A stretch of DNA of 64,000 nucleotides from an uncultured bacterium (GTDB lineage Bacteria; Verrucomicrobiota; Verrucomicrobiia; Verrucomicrobiales; DEV007), in assembly GCA_963977015.1 (NCBI GenBank), contig CAXBMO010000001.1:416001-480000 (forward strand), given 5' to 3'. The notes under the pieces are model-generated. The model did no database searches and had not been told where the DNA came from. It saw only the letters and a list, made by a program, of their open reading frames with translations. This document shows, in pieces, positions 48,217 to 58,148 of the stretch; position 1 is the first letter of the stretch, and each line of letters opens with the position of its first letter. The translations under genes and the position numbers were made by a program.

Positions 48217-49191
48217 ATGCCTTCTACCCACTGGATCGGTTTCGACCTTGGCGGAACCAAAATGATGGCGAGCCTGCTCGACCGCAAACTCAATGTTCTT
48301 GGCTCGCTGCGCAAGAGTACAAAAGGGCACGCTGGTGCCGATCAAGGTCTCGAGCGGATCATCGATCTGATCGCGGAATTGTTGGATGAGCACAAGCTGG
48401 ACAAGGGCGCGATTTCCGGAATCGGAATGGCTTGTCCCGGAGTCGTGAATTCTCACAAGGGGATTCTTCGCCATGCGCCCAATCTCGGATGGAAAGAAAC
48501 GCCGATTGGGAAGGTGCTGAAGGCGCACTTTAAGGTGCCGGTCCATGTCCTCAACGATGTCGATGCGGGAGCCTATGGAGAGTATGCTCATGGAGCCGGA
48601 AAAGGTGCGAGCACTCTGGTTGCCGTATTTCCGGGAACCGGAATCGGCGGAGGTTGTGTGATCAACGGGAAGCTGTTGACGGGGAAAAATGCGTCCTGCA
48701 TGGAAATCGGGAATTTAAGGATCCTGTCTGCCGGGTTGACCGGCAAAGTTGGGGAACCGCCGAATATCGAAAGCATTGCAAGCCGGTTAGGAATCGCGAG
48801 CGCCGCTGCTGCGGAGGCCTATCGAGGAAACGCTCCCCATCTTTTGGAAGATGGCGGAACGGACATCCAAACGATCAAGAGTGGCTCAATCGCGAAAGCC
48901 ATCAAGGCCGGCGACCAAGCCATTGGCGAAATTGTGGAAAATGCGGCCCATTATCTGGGAATCAGTATCGCCGGAGTTGTCGACCTGTTAGGGCCCGACG
49001 TGATTGTTCTTGGAGGCGGGTTGGTTGAAAAGTTGCCGGGAATTTTTCTCGACGGGGTACGCAATGCGATCCAGCGTTATGCCAGTCCTGCCTTGGCCGA
49101 AGAAGTCGAAGTCCGCGAAGCAAAACTCGGCGATGATGCTGTTGTTGTTGGAGCTGCGGCCTATGCTCGAGCCAATGCAGAGGCAAGCTAG
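48217..49191 (+). CDS. ROK-family sugar kinase
   Basis: GFDLGGTK, NDVDAG, GTGIGGG, VLGGG. Lacks the CxCGxxGC motif. Confidence 0.9.
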   Translation: MPSTHWIGFDLGGTKMMASLLDRKLNVLGSLRKSTKGHAGADQGLERIIDLIAELLDEHKLDKGAISGIGMACPGVVNSHKGILRHAPNLGWKETPIGKVLKAHFKVPVHVLNDVDAGAYGEYAHGAGKGASTLVAVFPGTGIGGGCVINGKLLTGKNASCMEIGNLRILSAGLTGKVGEPPNIESIASRLGIASAAAAEAYRGNAPHLLEDGGTDIQTIKSGSIAKAIKAGDQAIGEIVENAAHYLGISIAGVVDLLGPDVIVLGGGLVEKLPGIFLDGVRNAIQRYASPALAEEVEVREAKLGDDAVVVGAAAYARANAEAS

Positions 49192-49197
49192 GTTGTC

Positions 49198-51294
49198 ATG
49201 ATCGATATTCCATTTCGAAGCAAAGAAGTTAGTTGGTTATCCTTTAACGCTCGAGTTCTCCAGGAAGCGCAGTCTCCGGATGTGCCTTTGTTAGAGCGAT
49301 TGAAGTTCCTCGGGATTTATTCTTCGAACTTGGACGAGTTTTTTCGGGTTCGCGTGGCAACGCTTCGCCGCCTGGTTGATATCGGGGTGCCTCACGATGG
49401 ATTGGGAATTCCCGATCCGAAGAAAACCTTGCGCGAGGTGAATCTGATCCTGAAAAGGGAAACGGAAGTTTTCAACCAAACCTACGCTGAGGTATTTGGG
49501 GAACTGGAGAAAGAGCACATCAAACTGATTACCGACGAGGAGGTCCCGGAAGAGCTTCGCGACTATCTCGACGAATTCCTCGAACATGAAGTTCTCCCGA
49601 GCTTGATGCCGATCACGATCAAGTCGACTTCCGAACTGAGCAACCTTCGCGATCGGCCGATGTATCTCGCGGTTCGAATGTCGAAGTCGTCCGGCGTGGG
49701 GCGCGGCCAGCATGCGTTGATTGAGATTCCCGACGAATTGCCACGTTTTCACGTGCTTCCAAAGCTTGGTCAGGATCAGCTAGTCATGTATGTCGACGAT
49801 GTGATTCGCTTCGGACTGCACAAGGTTTTTGAATCGACCCAGTTTGACCAATTTGAATCCTACGCCCTCAAATTTACGCGCGATGCGGAGTGGGAGTTCG
49901 ACAACGATTTTACGGAGAGCTTTTACGAGCAAGTCAGCGAAGGATTGAAGTCCCGACTGGGAGGAAGGCCCGTTCGGGTAAACTTTGATGAAGCGATGCC
50001 TCGTGGGTTCTTGAGGTTGGTCTTGCGAGGCTTGGAACTGAATAGCGACGAAGGGTATGAGTATCCCGGGGCGCGTTATCACAATCGGAAGGACCTGATG
50101 AAGTTTCCCAATTTCGGGAGAAAAAGCCTTCAGTCCAAAAAGCTCAAGCCCTTGGTTCCGGTGGAGCTCCAATCCACGGAGCGATTCAGCATGTTGCGGA
50201 TTCTTCGCGAACAAGACCTGCTGCTGCATTTTCCCTATCATTCCTTCAATCACTTCATTGACCTCCTCCGTGAAGTCAGCATCGATCCGCTGGTCAAGAG
50301 CATCAAGCTGACGCAGTACCGTCTGGCGAAGAAAAGCTGTGTCGCGCGTGCGTTGATCACGGCGGTTCAGAATGGGAAGGAAGTCTTTATCATGGTCGAG
50401 CCCACGGCCCGGTTTGACGAAGAGGCCAATATCGGATGGGCGCAGCGCTATCGCGATGCGGGCGTTCAGGTTGTGCTGGGCGTTCCCGGCTTGAAAGTGC
50501 ATACCAAGCTTTGCCTGGTTGAGCGACTTGAGAGCGGCCAGCCGCGGCACTACAGCTGTCTCGGAACCGGTAATTTCAACGAAGATACGGCGACTCTCTA
50601 CACCGACCACATGCTGATGACCTCGAACCAGGAAATCGGCAATGACGTTGACCAGATCTTCAAATTCTTTCAGCGCACCTACAAGGCGCCCACGCTCAAG
50701 CATCTTTCCTGCGCACCCTTTTCGTTGCGGAAGAAAATCTACCAGCTCATCGACGCAGAGATCGAGCAAGCCAAAGCTGGAAACGAAGCTGAAATTTGGA
50801 TCAAGATCAACAACCTCTCCGACGTGCCGATTGTCCGCCGGCTCTACAAAGCGTCAAAAGCGGGCGTGAAATTGCGCATGATCGTTCGCTCCATGTTTTC
50901 GCTGATTACAGAGGATCCCGAGTATAGCGAAAACATTGAAGCGATTGGAATTGTCGACCAACTTTTGGAGCACACCCGCATTTTGAGATTTCACAATCAG
51001 GGCGATCCGAGCGTCTTTCTTTCCTCAGCGGACTTCCTGCCCCGGAACTTTGACAGTCGCTGTGAGACGTTGGTTCCCATTTACGACAAGGAACTGAAAG
51101 GGCAATTGATAGAGTATCTGGATCTGCAATGGCAGGACAATGTCAAATCCCGGATTCTGGACAAGGATCTTACCAATGAAATGCGGCGCCCGGAATCCGG
51201 CCAAAAAGAAGTCCGTTCGCAGATCGCGATTCAGAAATTTCTCCAGAAATTGAGTCGTGGAAGTTCTCGTGTCAGCGATTCGAACGAGGATTGA
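49198..51294 (+). CDS. ppk1: Polyphosphate kinase 1
   Basis: SWLSFNARVLQEA, SSNLDEFFRVRV, ARFDEEAN, KVHTK, GTGNFN, LEHTRI, SSAD..RN. Confidence 0.96.
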   Translation: MIDIPFRSKEVSWLSFNARVLQEAQSPDVPLLERLKFLGIYSSNLDEFFRVRVATLRRLVDIGVPHDGLGIPDPKKTLREVNLILKRETEVFNQTYAEVFGELEKEHIKLITDEEVPEELRDYLDEFLEHEVLPSLMPITIKSTSELSNLRDRPMYLAVRMSKSSGVGRGQHALIEIPDELPRFHVLPKLGQDQLVMYVDDVIRFGLHKVFESTQFDQFESYALKFTRDAEWEFDNDFTESFYEQVSEGLKSRLGGRPVRVNFDEAMPRGFLRLVLRGLELNSDEGYEYPGARYHNRKDLMKFPNFGRKSLQSKKLKPLVPVELQSTERFSMLRILREQDLLLHFPYHSFNHFIDLLREVSIDPLVKSIKLTQYRLAKKSCVARALITAVQNGKEVFIMVEPTARFDEEANIGWAQRYRDAGVQVVLGVPGLKVHTKLCLVERLESGQPRHYSCLGTGNFNEDTATLYTDHMLMTSNQEIGNDVDQIFKFFQRTYKAPTLKHLSCAPFSLRKKIYQLIDAEIEQAKAGNEAEIWIKINNLSDVPIVRRLYKASKAGVKLRMIVRSMFSLITEDPEYSENIEAIGIVDQLLEHTRILRFHNQGDPSVFLSSADFLPRNFDSRCETLVPIYDKELKGQLIEYLDLQWQDNVKSRILDKDLTNEMRRPESGQKEVRSQIAIQKFLQKLSRGSSRVSDSNED

Positions 51295-51381
51295 GGTTGC
51301 TGGAGGAGAAGCCCGGTTTCATCCGGGGGCGAGTGCAGAATTTTTGACAGGAGATTCAAGACCACCGTCCAATGTCCCTGA

Positions 51382-52470
51382 ATGAATTCGATCTTCCACG
51401 TATTCGGGGCTCTGTTGGTCGTCATGGTGTCCGCCCATGCCGATGTAGCCTTTGTTTCAGGTGATTTTGAGTTGCACGCTTCACTGAAACTGGATTCGGT
51501 TTCTTTTGAAAATGGTCCGCTTCCCGTGCCCATCGTCAGTTGGGCCGCCGATGCGGTGACGATTCAGGCTCACGGAGGAACTTTGGCGAGCAAAAGATCG
51601 GCTCTGGCCAAGGCGATGGGCGTGGAAGTAGAGTTGCAGATGGTGGATGACTTTGACCAGCAAATCGCTGATTTTGTCGAGGGGCACAGTCCTTTTCTGC
51701 GAGGTTCGCTCGGCCAAATCATCCTCGCTGCAGATTATCTCAAGCGGTTTGGCGCAGACGCGGAGCCAATCGTTTTTTTGCTAGTTTCCTGGTCCGCCGG
51801 CGCAGATGGAGTTGTGGTTCGGGCTCAAAACGGGCGGAAACATTCATGGGTAGTTCAGCGGAAGGGACGCCAGCTCGATTTACTTCCTCAGCTGGCCCGG
51901 AAGGGAATTTTTGACGAAACGCAGCATCAATTGCGCTTCGTTCGGGAGGCGATGTTCCATCCCGCGGCAGCGATGGATGGAAAGTGTCATGATCCGATTC
52001 AAGCGCTCAAACAGGATGCATCGCTGACCGCGGCGCTGGGGCTAACTCATGAAATTGGGAAGAATCAGCTGACTCCGACCGTTACGACCGAGGCGTTTCC
52101 AAGAGCCCTGGCTGACGTGTATGCGGTGAGAGCCGATTTCCTGGAACATCATCCGGAGATTGTTGGGGGAATGCTTCGCGCGCAATCCGAGGCTCAGGCA
52201 GCCTTTCCCGGGCAAATGGAAAATGGAACCTGGTTCAGGGATACAGGGAAGGACATGGCGGGAGTTTTTCTCAATGATGAAGGACGCGCAGACGAGTTTG
52301 CGACCTGGATGAACGGAGTGGATCTGCCGGGAAGAACGGGAAATCAGAAGTTTCTTGAACCCGGGAACTCAGCTGGGGGAACTGCGCTGAGCCGAGACCT
52401 TCGGGAGTATTTTCACAAGCTCGGTTTGGTGAAGACGAAGACGCCATTGAAATTTTTCCCGTCACGGTAA
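51382..52470 (+). CDS. Periplasmic binding-protein-like (SsuA/NMT1-like) secreted protein
   Basis: Signal peptide; SWSAGADGVVV and ADVYAVRADFLEHHPE resemble class II binding proteins. Confidence 0.6.
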   Translation: MNSIFHVFGALLVVMVSAHADVAFVSGDFELHASLKLDSVSFENGPLPVPIVSWAADAVTIQAHGGTLASKRSALAKAMGVEVELQMVDDFDQQIADFVEGHSPFLRGSLGQIILAADYLKRFGADAEPIVFLLVSWSAGADGVVVRAQNGRKHSWVVQRKGRQLDLLPQLARKGIFDETQHQLRFVREAMFHPAAAMDGKCHDPIQALKQDASLTAALGLTHEIGKNQLTPTVTTEAFPRALADVYAVRADFLEHHPEIVGGMLRAQSEAQAAFPGQMENGTWFRDTGKDMAGVFLNDEGRADEFATWMNGVDLPGRTGNQKFLEPGNSAGGTALSRDLREYFHKLGLVKTKTPLKFFPSR

Positions 52471-52561
52471 GGAAAGCAGATCGCCAGATTCAATGGCGGC
52501 GACGGTTGGGGATCCCATAGTTGTTTGACCTCCCGCCAGTTCCGATGGACGCTCTACGTCC

Positions 52562-53236
52562 ATGAGAAACTCCCGAATTTTGACTGTGGCAACGTTATTG
52601 GCGCTTGCGCCCGGCGTTTTTGCCCAAACTGACCAAAAAGAAGCGGTTGCCCTTCCCGAACCCGATGCGGAGGGGTGGGTTTCGCTGTTTGATGGCAAAG
52701 GGCTGGGAAACTGGAAGCCGATCAACTTTGGTCTGGGAACCGACGTTGTGGCCGTGGAAGATGGCATTCTCTACCTGGATGCGGGAGACCCGATGACGGG
52801 AATCACCTGGAACGCGGAGCTGCCCGGAAAGGTCAATTACGAGATCGAGTTGGTCGCGAAGAAGATTCAGGGGGATGACTTCTTTCTCGCGTTGACGATG
52901 CCGGTCAAAGATCAAAGCTGCACCCTCGTTTGCGGCGGCTGGGGAGGCGGAGTGGTTGGAATCTCCAGTCTGAATGGTCTTGATGCCTCTGAGAACGAAA
53001 CGGCGACGGTCGAATATTTCGAGACCGAAAAATGGTATACCGTTAAAGTCCGTGTCGAAGATGAGGCGATTCAGTGCTGGATCGGCGACCGCATGTTGGT
53101 CGATGTCGACATCAAGGGCGTTGAGATCGGAATGCGCGCGGGAGACGTTGAACTCTGCGCTCCCTTGGGAATCGCCTCGTTTCTCACCTCAGCCGCTTAT
53201 CGTTCCATTCGCTGGAGAGAAATTTCCAGCGAGTAA
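52562..53236 (+). CDS. DUF1080 (3-keto-disaccharide hydrolase-like) secreted protein
   Basis: GWVSLFDGK.L..W, NYEIEL, GGWGGGVVG, YRSIR. Confidence 0.85.
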   Translation: MRNSRILTVATLLALAPGVFAQTDQKEAVALPEPDAEGWVSLFDGKGLGNWKPINFGLGTDVVAVEDGILYLDAGDPMTGITWNAELPGKVNYEIELVAKKIQGDDFFLALTMPVKDQSCTLVCGGWGGGVVGISSLNGLDASENETATVEYFETEKWYTVKVRVEDEAIQCWIGDRMLVDVDIKGVEIGMRAGDVELCAPLGIASFLTSAAYRSIRWREISSE

Positions 53237-53239
53237 AAC

Positions 53240-54793
53240 TTAATCCGGCTGCTGAGAGCCCTTTCTCCACTTCTCACGCTTGAGGAGATTAAACATCTTT
53301 TGGAGAGGGCGTTGTTTCTCCACCTCTTCTTTGACGGGTTCGCGTTTGCGACGAGTCACATCCCGTGAAACGGGAAGGAGATCACCAGGAGGAAGGTTGC
53401 TCACGCTGTTGACCGTAGGTTCAACCATCGCAACGATTTGCGAACCCAGGCGGCGCACACCGTGACGCTCCGTTCCAACTCCCAGGTAGGGTGAATCTTC
53501 AGAGGCTGTCGTGCCCGGCGATGCCGAACGAATCGAAGGAACGCCAATGGAAATGATTTCCGTAACATCGCCAGCCGGTTCCACGATCGCGACGATTTCG
53601 CCCTGCATGAGCTGCGAACGCAGGGCCTGCTTGGAGTGGAAGATGGAATCAGGCGCCTGCTGCTGGGATTCCTGAAGAACAGGCGTAGCCGCGATCACCG
53701 TTGTTGGCGTGGTCGTCACCGGCTTCTCATTAATGCCAATGTGCGAGATCAAATCTCCGGTCGCGGCGAGAAGGCGAAAGGCGTGACGGCGTTGGTCAAT
53801 GTGGCCGGCTGCAAAATCCGTTTCGGCGCGGAATTCGGCGTTGCGGACTTCGAGCAATTCCAGAATCGAGCGTTTTCCGGCGCGATGATCATGTTCGACC
53901 TGGAGCGCAAGCTGTTGAAGCTCATGGGAAGCGGCGGCCCGTTGCTGCAGTTGTGCTGAGACCAATCCGTAATTCTCGAGCGCTTGCGATGCAACCGCGT
54001 CGGCGGCGGTCCGAGCTTCCAACGACAGCGCGAGACTCGCTTCGGCGCGGCCCATTGCTTCACTGACGCTCGGGAGATTCTCGGTCGAAGCCGGTCCAGG
54101 AAGTTCGGTCTCTGTTTCCGTTTGCGCCTCGACATTCAAGTGTGGTTCCCAAAGTGCTTTGGCAATCTCAATCTCCAACTCGTGGGCTGCGGCCTCTTGC
54201 CGGGCAGCCTGGTAGGTAAGGTTCCGGTTGGTATCAATTTGGATAACGGCTTGTTGCAGGCTCGCAACGGCGGGCGGGATTTCCAGTTGCCCGGGTTCAA
54301 CCCCTACGGAAGCGAGAAATTTCGGGCGCAGGGACTCCAGTTCCTCAATCTGCCGTCTCAAATCTGTTTTTGCCAGCTCGAGGCGCTCTTCAATCGGAGC
54401 CCGCTCCTCGGTGTTTTGATTCGCCTTCAGAGCCTCCTCGTGTAGCGCAACCTGACGCTGAGCTGCTGAAAGGCGGTAATGGAGGTGAAGTAAGTCGAGA
54501 TAAGTTTCGGAAATGGCCAGAGCTTCGGCCTCTCGCTTCTCCAGGCTTCGGAGAGCTTTTGCTTTCTGGTAGAGCTTTCGAAGTTGGACCTCTTGCTCAC
54601 CCATTTGGCCACCTTCCAAGGCTACCGTAATTTGGGAGGGGTGGTCCTCATTTGCACCTTGTGCATCAACGACCGGAAGATCTTGAAGTCCCGAAGTCAG
54701 GGCATCCTGCAACGTAATCGCGGATGCAGAGTTGAGGAAATAGGACCCAATCGCCACTAGCATGACGGTCAGGGGGGGGAAAGTGCCCTTCAT
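53240..54793 (-). CDS. Divergent TolC/OEP-family protein with C-terminal extension
   Basis: ITLQDAL, ETYLDL, GKRSILELL, FRLLAATGDL. Confidence 0.7.
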   Translation of the reverse strand: MKGTFPPLTVMLVAIGSYFLNSASAITLQDALTSGLQDLPVVDAQGANEDHPSQITVALEGGQMGEQEVQLRKLYQKAKALRSLEKREAEALAISETYLDLLHLHYRLSAAQRQVALHEEALKANQNTEERAPIEERLELAKTDLRRQIEELESLRPKFLASVGVEPGQLEIPPAVASLQQAVIQIDTNRNLTYQAARQEAAAHELEIEIAKALWEPHLNVEAQTETETELPGPASTENLPSVSEAMGRAEASLALSLEARTAADAVASQALENYGLVSAQLQQRAAASHELQQLALQVEHDHRAGKRSILELLEVRNAEFRAETDFAAGHIDQRRHAFRLLAATGDLISHIGINEKPVTTTPTTVIAATPVLQESQQQAPDSIFHSKQALRSQLMQGEIVAIVEPAGDVTEIISIGVPSIRSASPGTTASEDSPYLGVGTERHGVRRLGSQIVAMVEPTVNSVSNLPPGDLLPVSRDVTRRKREPVKEEVEKQRPLQKMFNLLKREKWRKGSQQPD

Positions 54794-54999
54794 AGTTCTC
54801 GGTTTCTATATGTGCGGTTTAAATCGTGGCCTCAGTGCTTACGAGCGTGACTTCATAAACGGAGGGAGATGCGAGTGTTCGCAAGGTGCGGGATACTAGG
54901 GTAAAACCTAGCAAAGTGTCCAGAAAAAGTTTGGAAAAGTAGACATTTTCGGTTTTCACAACTAATTCCCAAATTATTAACGTTTCCGATCTAACCGAA

Positions 55000-56694
55000 T
55001 CATAAACTGCGAAGGAATTCGGTGAGGTGATTCAGTTCGTTCGTGGTCAACTCCCGGTCCAGTTGATGCCGCCCGACGGTGAACACGGATTCCAGACTAT
55101 CAAACCGCCCATCGTGGAAAAAACGGCTTTGGAATCGGATTCCGAGCAAGGAAGGCGGATTGAATTCGACATTCCCGTCTTCGTCACGAACGCCAACGTC
55201 GAAGGCGTCGATGCTGGTTAGGGTGTTGCCGGCATGGCATTTCACGCAGTTCAGTTCCGCAAAGAGAACCCGTCCGTGATTTGCTGCGGTCGAATCCCCG
55301 AATTGGGGTGGGCTGGGCAGGGTTTCCAGAAACGCGACCAAATCCTGAACCTCATTGCGCGAAAAACTCTCGCCCCGATGATGCATCGTCGTTTCCAGGG
55401 TCACTTCGACCTGCTTCGCCAAGGTCGGCTTGTTGCCCAACCATCCAAATGGAGCGGTTTGAGCTCGGCCGAGTAAGGAGGGAACCCGTTTTGTCGTTCC
55501 GAATGAGCGATCGCCAAACGTGTCCGCAAGCTGCTCGTTCGTGTGTCCGTTGGTATGGCAACTGTGGCAACTCATCCAGCCATCGTGGGAAAGTCGCGCG
55601 TTGAAGAAAAGACGTTGCCCGCGGTCGGCCGCCGAGATCATGAGGTTCTGCCGGGCCAGGCTGATGGTGGCGATGAGCTGTTTGCGATCGAAATCGAGCA
55701 CGGAAATGAGGTCGTCGAGGCTGTTGGCGACGTAAATGCGCTCCGCAAACTCATCCAGCGCCACAGCTGTGGGACGCGCTCCGGTTTCGATGCGTTTCGG
55801 ATTGGAATCGCCAAATTCACCCCAGAAAATCTGGCCGGTTCCCGCCACGGTTACGATGAGATCGCCAGTTTGCCGAAAGGCGAGCTCGTCAGGATCTCCG
55901 GCGCCATTGCCAACCGTCCCGAGATTCCAGATTTCGCTGCTCTGCGCCAAATTCGTGTCAGGATCCAGGAGCGCCGAGACTGGAATTTTGCGAACCACGT
56001 TGTTCATCGTCATGCCCCAATGCAGATCGTCGAACGTGGTTCTCGCCAACGGGTTGAGCCGCTGATGGCTGATGAAAACGTGGTCGCCTTCCGGATTCAG
56101 CGCGAGCCCGCGAATGTTGTGGCCCGGTAATCGGTGAACCGCACGGAGTTCGAGCGTTTCCGCGTCGAGCAAGGCAAGGTTTTCTCCGTGAGCATCTGCA
56201 ACCAGCAAGTGAGCGCCATTGGCCAGCAGAATCTGCTCGCGCGGGATGAAGGAAAGTTCCCGTGTCGCCCTGACCTGCAGGCTTGGGTTAATCTGGATGC
56301 TGATCAGCCGTTGCTGCCATTTGTCCGCGATGAACGCGCGTTTCTTCCAGGGATCGAGGCTGATTGAAACGGGGAATTCGCTCACCTTTTTCCGGTCGGT
56401 CAGCTCCAGATTTCCGCCCTCCAGTTGGAATCGCAGCAATTCCCCATTCGCAAAGTCCGTCGCGAGAAACCCGGTATCACTGAGTTTCGCCAGATCCGTG
56501 ATCGAGCCGCCGGTCTCGACAATCTGACGGATGCGCCCTGACCTCGTGTCGATCGCAACCACTGAGCCATCCTTGCAGCCCACGACGAGAGTTTCGCGGT
56601 TTGCGAGCAATTCCAGCGCGAGGGGCATTCGCAAATTCTCGCCCATCGCCGAGCCGGCAGTGGCGAGCAGGATTGTTGCGAGGATCAATCTCAT
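55000..56694 (-). CDS. Secreted YVTN-like beta-propeller plus di-heme cytochrome c (peroxidase-like) protein
   Basis: CHSCH and CVKCH; RGQRLF, VPSLLG, PPSLLG, FFHDG; propeller repeats such as IYVANSLDD. Confidence 0.85.
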   Translation of the reverse strand: MRLILATILLATAGSAMGENLRMPLALELLANRETLVVGCKDGSVVAIDTRSGRIRQIVETGGSITDLAKLSDTGFLATDFANGELLRFQLEGGNLELTDRKKVSEFPVSISLDPWKKRAFIADKWQQRLISIQINPSLQVRATRELSFIPREQILLANGAHLLVADAHGENLALLDAETLELRAVHRLPGHNIRGLALNPEGDHVFISHQRLNPLARTTFDDLHWGMTMNNVVRKIPVSALLDPDTNLAQSSEIWNLGTVGNGAGDPDELAFRQTGDLIVTVAGTGQIFWGEFGDSNPKRIETGARPTAVALDEFAERIYVANSLDDLISVLDFDRKQLIATISLARQNLMISAADRGQRLFFNARLSHDGWMSCHSCHTNGHTNEQLADTFGDRSFGTTKRVPSLLGRAQTAPFGWLGNKPTLAKQVEVTLETTMHHRGESFSRNEVQDLVAFLETLPSPPQFGDSTAANHGRVLFAELNCVKCHAGNTLTSIDAFDVGVRDEDGNVEFNPPSLLGIRFQSRFFHDGRFDSLESVFTVGRHQLDRELTTNELNHLTEFLRSL

Positions 56695-58034
56695 GGGGAA
56701 GAAGCGGCCAGGCGTTCGAGCAGGGCTGCTTTCGCCTGTTCGATGGCGACCTGGTTCGCCTTGAAGCCGGTTCGCATCGCCTTTTCGATCATCTCACTGC
56801 CAATCCAAATGTCTGGAGCCACTCCCCAACGATCCCGCGATCGACGGCGCACCTGGGGCGGCAGTCGATCCAGACTCCCAAAATTCACCAACGGTTCTCC
56901 TGACGGGAGGCCGAGTTGCTGATCCGGCAGCATCAGAAACGCGTTTTCGCCTTTGATCTCAAACCCGGTGTATCCCCACGGTTCGCCCGGCGTGATGTCG
57001 CCAACCACAATGGCCAGATTCGCTTGTTGAAGACTGGCCGCGAGCCATTCCAGACTTCCTCTCGTGGTTTGGTCCACCAGAACCGCGATCGGCATCTCCT
57101 TCAGCACCACATCCGGGCTTGCCTCCAACACACGACCATTCAGGGTGCCGATCTTCCCTCCCGGCAGCAGGGCGTCCGCCAGCAGAATCACGTCGTGGAC
57201 CCGACCTGGCCGTAGATTGCGAAGGTCCAGAATGATCGCCTGGACCCCTTTTTGCCGCAACGCCGGTTCGAGGCTCCGCAGCTCGTGTGTGAGGCTGGCC
57301 TGGAATTGATCGACGGCAAGATAGGCAATCCGTCTCTCCAAAATCTCGGCTTCGCGAAGCGCCCGCAGGGGGACCACATCGCGCGTTAGCTTTTTTTCGA
57401 CCACCACGGAGGTGCCCGGATGTTTCAACCCGACTCGAACCTCGGTTCCGCGAGGGCCCCGCAGGCGATCAACCACCGTGCTCAGATTCGCGTTGCGAAC
57501 GTCATCGCCATCAATCGTCCAAATCTGGTCGCCGTCGCGGCCGCCCACGCGATCGAGCGGTCCGCCGGGAAAAACCTTCATCGCTGTGGGAATGTTGTCA
57601 GACTTGCCGAGCGCGATTCCGATTCCCACATACTGATTGGCGGCAATTTGTTCGCGAACGCGATATTCCTTTGCGGGAATTTCGATGCATTCCCCCGGCA
57701 GCGATCTTCGCAACGCTTCCAACGCAAATTGCCGGGCTCGATTCGAATCCGAGGTTCCCTGCAGGCATTCCTGCAAGAGCGCCCGAAACTCTGACGTGCG
57801 ATTCATCCTGGAGACCTGCCGTGCCAGGTCGAGCGGCGGTGCCTGATTCCGCGTTTGGTAGATCGCCCGCGCCAGTCTCAGCACCATCTGCTGGTTGGAG
57901 GGAGCTTCGACATGGTGCAACGCGGTCAACTCGACCCTTTGCATCAGGAGATCCACGTTCTCGTCAGGCTCATCAGCTGCCAGCTGGCCAAACGGCAGCA
58001 AACCCAAAACAGCAACGAAAGTGCGAAGCGACAT
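56691..58034 (-). CDS. S41 (CtpA-like) PDZ protein, catalytic residues apparently absent
   Basis: YVGIGI PDZ, LRGPRGTEV, IILDLR, GVAPD. Catalytic motifs altered. Confidence 0.8.
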   Translation of the reverse strand: MSLRTFVAVLGLLPFGQLAADEPDENVDLLMQRVELTALHHVEAPSNQQMVLRLARAIYQTRNQAPPLDLARQVSRMNRTSEFRALLQECLQGTSDSNRARQFALEALRRSLPGECIEIPAKEYRVREQIAANQYVGIGIALGKSDNIPTAMKVFPGGPLDRVGGRDGDQIWTIDGDDVRNANLSTVVDRLRGPRGTEVRVGLKHPGTSVVVEKKLTRDVVPLRALREAEILERRIAYLAVDQFQASLTHELRSLEPALRQKGVQAIILDLRNLRPGRVHDVILLADALLPGGKIGTLNGRVLEASPDVVLKEMPIAVLVDQTTRGSLEWLAASLQQANLAIVVGDITPGEPWGYTGFEIKGENAFLMLPDQQLGLPSGEPLVNFGSLDRLPPQVRRRSRDRWGVAPDIWIGSEMIEKAMRTGFKANQVAIEQAKAALLERLAASSP

Positions 58035-58148
58035 TCCTGAGATTACGCCACAAAACGGGACGTCGTTCAAGCTTCAGCGGCGCATCCTTTCCTGAGCGAA
58101 ACTTGCAATCGCATTCGACTCGCTATGTTCAATGCTTCCCAAACGCCT

